Positions 55,160-63,211 of a stretch of DNA of 64,000 nucleotides are shown one piece after another. The stretch is from Alphaproteobacteria bacterium. GTDB lineage: Bacteria > Pseudomonadota > Alphaproteobacteria > Rickettsiales > SXRF01. Position 1 is the first letter of the stretch, and every line of letters starts with the position of its first letter. The DNA lies in contig JBKDKX010000004.1 in assembly GCA_046344715.1 (NCBI GenBank), positions 30,892 through 94,891 of the forward strand, given 5' to 3'. Made by a program: the position numbers and the translations under genes. The notes under the pieces are model-generated. The model did not search any database. It had not been told where the DNA came from and was given only the letters and a program-made list of their open reading frames with translations.

Positions 55160-55908
55160 CACTGGAAGGCAAAACCATACTCATCACAGGGGCAGCTGGT
55201 GAGCTAGGCAGCAGGCTGATACAGGCCATGATTGCCGCTGGCGCAAAAGCCATTATCGGTATCGACGTGAACGCCAAAAAACTTGATACCATGAACAGTG
55301 TGCATTTTTCCGGTTTTGCCTGCGACCTTACAGACTACAAACAAGTGCATAGTTGCCTTGAGGGAGTATATGCCAAGTATCCTACCATTGATGTGCTTAT
55401 CAATAATGCAGGCATACTACACAGCGCACCGCTGGTGAATATTCTTGAGAAAGATGATGCTGATCTGTATCGTAATGCCGAGGATTGGTCACGCTGCCTC
55501 AACACCAACCTATCCTCTACTTTCTATGTGACGCAATTTGTCGCACGCAAAATGGTGAAAGCACGCACCCACGGCGTTATCCTCAATATCAGTTCGGTTT
55601 CAGCCGAAGGCACTGCCGGCCAGAGCGCCTATTCCGCCAGTAAAGCGGGTATGGAAGCACTAACGCAGGTATGGGCAAAAGAGCTGAGTGGGTTTGGTAT
55701 TCGTAGTATTGCAATAGCACCAGGCTATATGGATACCCCCTCTACCCATGCTGCCGTTTCCGAAGCACAACTTAAAGAAATCACCGGCCGTATTCCCATG
55801 AAAAAACTGGGCAATCCCAACAGCATTATTGAGGCCTGCCTGTTTACCATAAACAATGAATATATAAACGGCACCGTGCTGGAAGTGCATGGCGGGCTAA
55901 GGGTATAA
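55156..55908 (+). CDS. Short-chain dehydrogenase/reductase (FabG-like)
   Basis: 250 aa. TGAAGELGS cofactor motif, NNAGIL and catalytic YSASKAG. Confidence 0.88.
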   Translation: MTLEGKTILITGAAGELGSRLIQAMIAAGAKAIIGIDVNAKKLDTMNSVHFSGFACDLTDYKQVHSCLEGVYAKYPTIDVLINNAGILHSAPLVNILEKDDADLYRNAEDWSRCLNTNLSSTFYVTQFVARKMVKARTHGVILNISSVSAEGTAGQSAYSASKAGMEALTQVWAKELSGFGIRSIAIAPGYMDTPSTHAAVSEAQLKEITGRIPMKKLGNPNSIIEACLFTINNEYINGTVLEVHGGLRV

Positions 55909-56552
55909 TGACCAGTTGGACGAGTTATAAAAATCTCTACAAAGCACACGGATTTAAACGCGTGTGGACGCATTTTCGTGAGACTACACTGTTTGATATT
56001 CTAAACGGTGTAGATACAGGAAACTGGCGGCCATTATCAGAATATAGCCAGACCGATAGCGATATGAAGCACTATCAGGCTTCATTCACCCGCGAAGTTA
56101 TTAAATGTTTTAATCTGCTTAAATCTATTGCCAAGACTGAAAGTTTTACGTTTTATGATATTGGCTGCGGCAAAGGCAAAGTGCTGATTTTAGCAGCAAA
56201 ACATTTACCCTGTAGGGGTATCGTTGGGATTGAACTGGATGACCATCTTGCACATATTGCCAGTAATAATATGCAGAAACTTGGCCTCAAGGCCGAAATA
56301 ATCAGGGAGAATGCTCGCCAGTTCAATGATTACTCTAAACGATCGATTGTATATATCTGTGATCCATTCGGCAAGGAAACCTTGCAGCAGATGCTCGTAA
56401 ACATCTCGCAGGCGAGTGAAGATTGCTTTTTGGTATATAACAATCCTGTATATGAAGCACTTGTAGAAGCTGCCAGATTTAAGAAAGTCGGTGAAACCAC
56501 AGGCTGGCACAGTAATTACCACACCAGTATCTATCATTATAAAAGGCATTAA
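55908..56552 (+). CDS. Class I SAM-dependent methyltransferase (putative)
   Basis: 214 aa. Motif I ..FYDIGCGKGKVLILAA.. followed by ..GIELD... Confidence 0.65.
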   Translation: MTSWTSYKNLYKAHGFKRVWTHFRETTLFDILNGVDTGNWRPLSEYSQTDSDMKHYQASFTREVIKCFNLLKSIAKTESFTFYDIGCGKGKVLILAAKHLPCRGIVGIELDDHLAHIASNNMQKLGLKAEIIRENARQFNDYSKRSIVYICDPFGKETLQQMLVNISQASEDCFLVYNNPVYEALVEAARFKKVGETTGWHSNYHTSIYHYKRH

Positions 56553-56553
56553 C

Positions 56554-57477
56554 ATGGCTTGGGAAAAACGTGGATTTATTTACGGCGTATCACAGGAAGC
56601 CGACTGGATGAAATCCTACGCGCAAGTGCCAACTGCATTACTACTTAAAGATCGAATACGTATTTACATTACCGTACGACCAGAACAAAAAACCAGCAGG
56701 GTGACGTATGTGGATGTAGATATTCATGACCCCAAAAAAGTGCTATATGTGCACAAAGAGCCGATACTCCCCCTGGGTAAACCAGGCACGTTTGATGAGT
56801 TCGGTATTATGCCTGCGGCAGTACTGAATGTGGGAAATGAAGTGTGGTTATATACCACTGGCTGGCAACGCGGACAGACCGTACCATATCTGAATGCTGT
56901 AGGGCTTGCGATCAGCAAAGATGGCGGAAAAACCTTCACACGACCATATCAAGGCCCTGTGCTTTCTATTACACGTGATGAGCCATTTTCCTCCATGTCT
57001 CCTTCTATAGTGAAGCAAGATGATAAATGGGAAATGTGGTATGGATCTGGTGTGGATTGGGTAAAAACCGGCGATAAATATGAGCCGCTCTATTACATTT
57101 ATTATGCCTATTCTGAAAACGGATTGGATTGGGTGCGCCCCAATATCTGCTGCATTCCAGGCGCAACAGCTGGTGAGGCAACGACACGTCCCAGCGTATT
57201 TTATGAAGATGGGGTGTATCACATGTGGTTCAGCTATCGCGGCAGCCATGATTTCCGTGGTGGCGCAGGCAGTTACCGTATTGGTTACGCCTCATCCACG
57301 GATGGAAAAATATGGAACCGCGATGATTCAAAAGCCGGAATTCCGATAAGTGATGAAGGCTGGGATTCGCAAATGGTGGCATACCCCAATATCATAGATA
57401 CCCCTGGGGGTAGATATATGTTCTATAACGGTAATGATTTCGGCGCACACGGCTTCGGCTATGCGGTGTGGAAGTAA
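56554..57477 (+). CDS. Uncharacterised protein, five-bladed beta-propeller (GH43/32/68/130-like) suspected
   Basis: ORF track starts at 56491. I prefer the ATG at 56554 (MAWEKRGFIYG...). Repeated blade-like patterns (..VWLYTTGW.., ..KWEMWYGSG.., ..GLDWVRP.., ..VYHMWFSY.. and ..DGKIWNR..). Fold assignment is by eye only. Confidence 0.45.
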   Translation: MAWEKRGFIYGVSQEADWMKSYAQVPTALLLKDRIRIYITVRPEQKTSRVTYVDVDIHDPKKVLYVHKEPILPLGKPGTFDEFGIMPAAVLNVGNEVWLYTTGWQRGQTVPYLNAVGLAISKDGGKTFTRPYQGPVLSITRDEPFSSMSPSIVKQDDKWEMWYGSGVDWVKTGDKYEPLYYIYYAYSENGLDWVRPNICCIPGATAGEATTRPSVFYEDGVYHMWFSYRGSHDFRGGAGSYRIGYASSTDGKIWNRDDSKAGIPISDEGWDSQMVAYPNIIDTPGGRYMFYNGNDFGAHGFGYAVWK

Positions 57478-57480
57478 CGC

Positions 57481-58545
57481 ATGGAATCTGCAACGCTCAT
57501 TATGTGCTGCGCCATGCCCGATGCGCTGGCATACGCAAAGAAAGCCAACGAGCGCGGCGAGCGTGTTATTGCTACATCGTCACTGAAATATGATGAGTCC
57601 GCACAGTATTATACTCACTGGGAATGGTTACCAAGTGTCTATGATGTCGATTTTTGCACTGCGCTGGATAGATTAGTAAAGCTACACAACATTACGCGTA
57701 TATTCTGCCCGCATAATATTGCACATTATTCACTGCTGGAATTACAGAAACAAGATAAGCTCCATATACCCCTAGTGGGTAAACCGCCTATTGAGGAACA
57801 AACGGAATATATGCAAAACTTGCTCAATGAAGCAACGCAAATGCAGCATTTTATTCAGACCATTGCATGCGAGGAGCCTCTGGCACAGCATATTATCGCA
57901 GCCATTCTAAAACAGACAGAAGCGACCTTTGGTGAATCAAACCCAAGCAAACTGGCCGCCATGATGGCCATTTTCGGAACGCTGCCAAAAGGTGATGTAG
58001 TAGAAGTTGGCTCATGGTGGGGGAAAACTGCTGTGGCACTTGCCATGCTTGCACAGCATTATGAAACGGGCGCAGTGCTCTGCGTGGACCCGTGGTCAAC
58101 CGATGTTGCCATTCAGAAAGATTCCCCCGCCCTTATGCAAACCATGCCGGGCATTACGGATTGGGAAACAGTGTTTGGCGGATTTATTATACATACATCT
58201 TGTGTGGCTCAGAACGGACGATTCAATTATCTGCGCCTTCCTTCTGTAAATGCAGAAAAACAATACCAAAACACTAAAACTATCCATTCACAGGAATTTG
58301 GTACAACAGATTACAAAGGCAAAATTGCTCTTATACATATAGATGGAAATCATGATTATGCGTCAGTGAAAGCAGATTATGAAGCATGGAAGCCGCATGT
58401 GCTATCAGGCGGATGGATTGTCCTTGATGATTATGTGTGGCTGCATGGCGCCGGCCCACAAGAACTTGGCGATGATATTTTAGCTAATGAGAGAATTGTA
58501 CACAGCTTTGTTGCGGGGAAAGCACTGTTCCTACAAATACCTTAA
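57481..58545 (+). CDS. Two-domain protein with C-terminal class I methyltransferase-like domain (Methyltransf_24/TylF-like)
   Basis: 354 aa. ..GDVVEVGSWWGKTAVALA.. and ..ALIHIDGNHDYASVKADYEAWKPHVLSGGWIVLDDY... The N-terminal domain of about 170 aa is unassigned. Confidence 0.6.
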   Translation: MESATLIMCCAMPDALAYAKKANERGERVIATSSLKYDESAQYYTHWEWLPSVYDVDFCTALDRLVKLHNITRIFCPHNIAHYSLLELQKQDKLHIPLVGKPPIEEQTEYMQNLLNEATQMQHFIQTIACEEPLAQHIIAAILKQTEATFGESNPSKLAAMMAIFGTLPKGDVVEVGSWWGKTAVALAMLAQHYETGAVLCVDPWSTDVAIQKDSPALMQTMPGITDWETVFGGFIIHTSCVAQNGRFNYLRLPSVNAEKQYQNTKTIHSQEFGTTDYKGKIALIHIDGNHDYASVKADYEAWKPHVLSGGWIVLDDYVWLHGAGPQELGDDILANERIVHSFVAGKALFLQIP

Positions 58546-59429
58546 GGCGCGCGATACGCCGGAAAAAAACGAACTGGTACATTGAATTTTCTGGCATTCA
58601 CCAATTGCTGGTATTTCTCTTTATCCAGAATTGCACCACAAATGTACGATTCCGCCGTATCGTTTGAGAATCCTTTTTTGAAACGCGCTAGCCCATCATC
58701 GCTACCCACGCTATTGCCAGCACCACCACCAAAATTGAGTAGTTTTCTACCTGAAAAATACCGCAGGGAGGTATCATTTACCGCATAGGCTGCACGTGAT
58801 TCATACCCCTTGTCGTTCGATGCCACTAAATGGCTATGCACATACTCCCCATCATCTGCCCAAATATGGCAGGATACTAACTCATCACCCATCCATGCAC
58901 CAATGGCTACCATGCCTTGAATACCTGCAATCTGTTGATGATGCGCAAGCGGGAATGCGTGGAGGCCAGAGAGGCCCAGTTTTGCTATCAGGGCATCATA
59001 TAACTCTGCCCACTCATGCACATGTTTTCGTAAATCAAGCACATCCACTTTAACGTGTTTATACGCAGTTTTTACGGCACGTTTATGATGACTACCATAT
59101 ATCATCTCACCTTTTTCAGGGCGGTAAAGATAATGCGGCTTAAAACTGTCCACCGTATCAAAATGCTCTTTAAGTGTATTCATATGTAGACGATGAAAAT
59201 CATCCAGCACCAGTACTACAGATACCAACCCAACATCACGCAGACGCGCCAATCCACCAGCAATATCTGCATTTTTATTCAGTGGGGTGATGGGATATAT
59301 TCCGGCTGCATCTTGTAACCCTGCGGAAATTTCCCTGAGCATTACACCCCCTCCCCACTCGGGCACTTCAAACGGCTTACCCCAATGCGCGAGTGATTCA
59401 GCAAATGCTACGGTGGCATATGGGTGCAT
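58542..59429 (-). CDS. FemAB-like / Acetyltransf_6-type GNAT-fold protein (putative aminoacyl or acyl transferase)
   Basis: 295 aa. C-terminal ..LLNFGGGAGNSVGSDDGLARFKKGFSN.. resembles the FemAB/BioF2-like family ending. Confidence 0.5.
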   Translation of the reverse strand: MHPYATVAFAESLAHWGKPFEVPEWGGGVMLREISAGLQDAAGIYPITPLNKNADIAGGLARLRDVGLVSVVLVLDDFHRLHMNTLKEHFDTVDSFKPHYLYRPEKGEMIYGSHHKRAVKTAYKHVKVDVLDLRKHVHEWAELYDALIAKLGLSGLHAFPLAHHQQIAGIQGMVAIGAWMGDELVSCHIWADDGEYVHSHLVASNDKGYESRAAYAVNDTSLRYFSGRKLLNFGGGAGNSVGSDDGLARFKKGFSNDTAESYICGAILDKEKYQQLVNARKFNVPVRFFPAYRAP

Positions 59430-61672
59430 TATTGCGCAACTTCTGAATAAATACGCTTTAAGTGCGATATGAACTCCGGCACGGGCGCATAATTATCAAA
59501 TATACTATCATTATTCTTGCGAATATTTTCCTGCGCTTGCTTATAAAATGTTTTATCATTGGCAAGTTTTACAATGATATCAATATACCCATCAACGGTA
59601 TCTGCCGTCATCTCCAGCATATTCATCATTTTGAACAGGCCATAGGCACCGCGGCCGCGCAGGAATTCTCCCGGCTTGGTTACAAATGGCACTTCTGAAC
59701 CAAGCAACTGAAATGCTGTGGTACCAAATGAGAAATGCAACGCATCAAACACAGCGTCCATCGCCCGCATAGTATGAATAAACTTATCGGTGGCAGCAAA
59801 TGGCACAAAGATAATGCGTTCAGCCAATTCACTGCCTACTGACGTTGCAAACCGTTTTTCAAGTTCTTGTCGCCAAATAATTTTTCCTGCATCAAATAAA
59901 ATAATACGCGCTTTAATATCTTTTTTGAGTATCCCAGAAAACACGATATCCATATCTGGATGCAGTTTAAACAATAGCACAGGACATGTATAAAGATGCA
60001 CATCCCCATCCGGCAAACCTAGTTCTGCTCGTGATATAGGGGTGCAGGGTATATATTGCTTATTTACAACCGCGAGAAAATCAATGTCTTTGAATAACTT
60101 TTCTGTGTAATGTTTTTCAGCACCATCGGCTTCCATACAGGCGGTAGTGAGGAAATAATCCATATTGGGAATACCTGTAGTCAGTGGATGCCCACCCATA
60201 ACCGCCTGAACAGGCGCTAGCCTTGCAAGCGCCAACAGGTAGCTTGGCAGACGCAGCCCTATATCAAGATAAATCAATACATCAATTTCTTCATCGGCAA
60301 CGATTTGCTGGGCTGCTGGAAGACTGATTGGCAGCGGCACATATTTTTTTACATCGCTGGATAGTGTCTGCACTTTATCATTTACCCGAGCTGAATGCGC
60401 AAAAATAATGACTTCATATTCTGAGTCTTTAGCAAGGCTTGTAATAAGTGGGCTAAAGAACTGAGTGATCAGTTTGGAATGAAAAAACTCAGAAACGAAG
60501 CCAATCCTGATTTTCTTGCCAGCAACCCTTGGTGCAAGACAGTGCGCAGCGGTATAATTTATTGAAGGACAACATGTGATAAAGAATTCCGCAAGCTTCT
60601 GCATAAATTCCTTATTATCCAAACCGTGATAGCCCTGATAAAATGGCAAGTATAATCCCTGTCGCTCAGGCTCATGCAGCACAATTTTATCATCTATCAT
60701 CTTCTGCAAACCTTGCATAAAACGATCACGCCACTGCTTGATTTCTTCCATATCATGCGGAATTACAGGCAACAGGAACGCATCCGCCACACGGCCACGC
60801 ACACTCTGCGGATGTTTCTGGAGCAGCAAACTGAATGTCTCTCTAGCTTTTTCTATTTCTCCCCTTCCTTCACAGTTCACAGCATATAAAAATAATACTT
60901 CCTCATGATCAGGATGGATAATACGAGCGCGTTCCAATAACTCCTGCGCTTTGTCAAACTCATGATTAAGATTGTATATTCCGGCAAACTTACACAGCAT
61001 GTCCACTGCATGTGGAGTTAATTCCAGCCCCTTGGCTATATCGGATTCCACCTGTTCGTTTAGACCTACAGATTCATATCGCGCCATACCACGATAGAAA
61101 AACGCTCTGGCGTTCTTTACATCCGCGGCAATCGCCTTGGAGAAATAATCAATTGCCGCTGGTATATTACGTTTTTCATGCAGACAATCCCCAAGGTTAG
61201 AATATATCTGCGAAATATACCCGGGCGGCTTAAGCTCAAGCGCTTTCAGCAAGAGATTTTCCATGTCGTCAAATTTGCGTTGCGCTTTGGCAATAAGGGA
61301 AGCGGTAAAATAAAATAATCCATTTTTTTTATTCAGATCTATCGCCTTGCTAATATACCCCATAGCAGTATCTAGCTGTTTTCGTTGCATACAAATATAC
61401 GCTGCAAGATTCAACGCATCTGTATTGTTTGGCTGAACGCGCAGAACACTTGCAAGCGCAGCTTCTGCAATCTCCAGACTACCCGCATTTAATGCAGCAG
61501 CAGCTTGCTGCAATGTAAGGCCAATATTAATTGCAGGTGTTGCCACAACATTCGTTGTAAACTTGTCTATACAGCATTTCTTGAATTTCTTACCACTGCC
61601 ACACGGGCATGGATCATTACGATCAACCGGAGATGCCTGCGCTGAAGAATTAGCCATATTTTCGCGCATCAC
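59429..61672 (-). CDS. SEC-C motif / TPR repeat / GT41 (OGT, SPINDLY-like) glycosyltransferase
   Basis: 747 aa. SEC-C zinc motif DPCPCGSGKKFKKCC (DNA 61571-61615). TPR-like repeats span about residues 45-330. The C-terminal half ..KIRIGFVSEFFHSKLITQFFSPLI.. and ..VHLYTCPVLLFKLHPDMD.. is typical of bacterial SPINDLY-family O-GlcNAc-transferase homologs. Confidence 0.7.
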   Translation of the reverse strand: MMRENMANSSAQASPVDRNDPCPCGSGKKFKKCCIDKFTTNVVATPAINIGLTLQQAAAALNAGSLEIAEAALASVLRVQPNNTDALNLAAYICMQRKQLDTAMGYISKAIDLNKKNGLFYFTASLIAKAQRKFDDMENLLLKALELKPPGYISQIYSNLGDCLHEKRNIPAAIDYFSKAIAADVKNARAFFYRGMARYESVGLNEQVESDIAKGLELTPHAVDMLCKFAGIYNLNHEFDKAQELLERARIIHPDHEEVLFLYAVNCEGRGEIEKARETFSLLLQKHPQSVRGRVADAFLLPVIPHDMEEIKQWRDRFMQGLQKMIDDKIVLHEPERQGLYLPFYQGYHGLDNKEFMQKLAEFFITCCPSINYTAAHCLAPRVAGKKIRIGFVSEFFHSKLITQFFSPLITSLAKDSEYEVIIFAHSARVNDKVQTLSSDVKKYVPLPISLPAAQQIVADEEIDVLIYLDIGLRLPSYLLALARLAPVQAVMGGHPLTTGIPNMDYFLTTACMEADGAEKHYTEKLFKDIDFLAVVNKQYIPCTPISRAELGLPDGDVHLYTCPVLLFKLHPDMDIVFSGILKKDIKARIILFDAGKIIWRQELEKRFATSVGSELAERIIFVPFAATDKFIHTMRAMDAVFDALHFSFGTTAFQLLGSEVPFVTKPGEFLRGRGAYGLFKMMNMLEMTADTVDGYIDIIVKLANDKTFYKQAQENIRKNNDSIFDNYAPVPEFISHLKRIYSEVAQ

Positions 61673-62780
61673 CCTTGAGTGCTTTGAGTCCGGCTATTAT
61701 CGCGTCGCATACCCTGTCCTGCGCCTCTTCTTTCAAATCAATCGCCGAAGGAATACCAAGCACAGATTGCCCAAGCCACTGTGTACTTGGCAACTCGCCA
61801 TGCACCATACACGCGCGATACGCCGGATGCACATGACAACCTGTTTCCCACCAGCGGCGTGTATCAATGCCTTGTTCTTTTAAGCATTGTAACATTGGCA
61901 CGGCCTGCTCCGGCACGATGATGTTACTTGTGCTCGTCACCCACTCCGGCTGCACCCAACAACTAATGCCATGGGCTTCTAATTTTTCCTTATAACGCAG
62001 CTGCACTTTTGCCCATGCGGCGCGTATGTCATTCCATTGGTCAAGCACCGCCATGGCAACTGCTGCATTATATTCACTTGGTTTGGCATTAATGGCGATG
62101 CGATGCGAAAGTCGGTCATTCTCAAAACCAAAATTGATAATCCGGCGCAGTCGGAACGCCACATCGGCACTTTTGGTTAACATTAGGCCACCTTCACCGA
62201 TGCCACAAATCTTTGTGGCGTGCAGGCTTATCATCACCGGCGTGCGCCCGATTTTCATGGCGCCACTTACCATACTGTCAAAGGCCGCCGCCGCATCGAT
62301 CACCACGGGAATACCGGTTTCTTCGGTAAACCTGTCCCACTGTGCAACATCCAGCGGCGCGCCGAAGGCAGACACCGGCATAACAGCACTCACTGGCTTT
62401 TTAAGCGATTTAATATGCTTCTTAACACTGTCAACGGTAATGACCTGTGATTCTTTATCCACATCAATAAAGCAAGGCTCAAGACCTGCCGCTAATGCTG
62501 CCGCAGGTGTCGCCGTAAACGTCCATGACGGCATGATGCATAGCCCACCGCGCTTAACCTCTAACGCCTGAAGTGCAACGGTGAGACCCAACGTACCATT
62601 GGCCACCATCAACACGCTATCTGGGGTAGCTTTGAGCAATTCGGCAAGGCGCTTTTCAAACGCAACGACCAACGGTCCGTTATTACCATACCAGCGGTTC
62701 TCATCAATCTGCTGGAGATAGGGTAAAATCGCTGAAATTTCAGGAAGTTTTGGTTTAAGAACCGGAATAACACCCTGCAT
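61650..62780 (-). CDS. DegT/DnrJ/EryC1/StrS family sugar aminotransferase
   Basis: 376 aa. ..NGTLGLTVALQAL.. and PLP-Lys region ..MISLHATKICGIGEGGLM... Confidence 0.88.
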   Translation of the reverse strand: MQGVIPVLKPKLPEISAILPYLQQIDENRWYGNNGPLVVAFEKRLAELLKATPDSVLMVANGTLGLTVALQALEVKRGGLCIMPSWTFTATPAAALAAGLEPCFIDVDKESQVITVDSVKKHIKSLKKPVSAVMPVSAFGAPLDVAQWDRFTEETGIPVVIDAAAAFDSMVSGAMKIGRTPVMISLHATKICGIGEGGLMLTKSADVAFRLRRIINFGFENDRLSHRIAINAKPSEYNAAVAMAVLDQWNDIRAAWAKVQLRYKEKLEAHGISCWVQPEWVTSTSNIIVPEQAVPMLQCLKEQGIDTRRWWETGCHVHPAYRACMVHGELPSTQWLGQSVLGIPSAIDLKEEAQDRVCDAIIAGLKALKGDARKYG

Positions 62781-63014
62781 ATGACTCCCTTTATTTTATT
62801 ATCTCTTGTCAGAGCAAAATCTATGCCCAAAGACAATTCACACCATAGACAGGAAGATTGCAAGGAGGGAGTTCTTGAACTTTCAAGAGGGATTTGATGC
62901 TTGCCTGCTGGCTTCGCACCGTCTAACTGCAAAATTGTGAACCAAGGTTCTGCATCCCTCACACACAAAAAAGCATGCATGATCAGCCTTAATACAGCTG
63001 ATGAGGTATGTTTG

Positions 63015-63089
63015 TGGTGGCTCGAGAGGGATTTGAACCCCCGACCAAGGGATTATGATTCCCCTGCTCTACCACTGAGCTACCGAGCC
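63015..63089 (-). tRNA. tRNA with CAT anticodon (elongator Met type; Ile2-lysidine not excluded)
   Basis: Reverse complement is GGCTCGGTAGCTCAGTGGTAGAGCAGGGGAATCATAATCCCTTGGTCGGGGGTTCAAATCCCTCTCGAGCCACCA. The acceptor stem pairs, position 1-72 is a G-C pair (not initiator-like) and CCA is encoded. Confidence 0.85.
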
Positions 63090-63211
63090 ACGAGGGATAA
63101 GGGATTAGGCAGGTATGCCCTAAAAATCAAGTAAAAACTGATGAGAAGCTGTTGAGTTATCGTTTTATATCCTGTAAGGACTGGAAAACCACAACTTTTG
63201 AGGAAAAGCGC

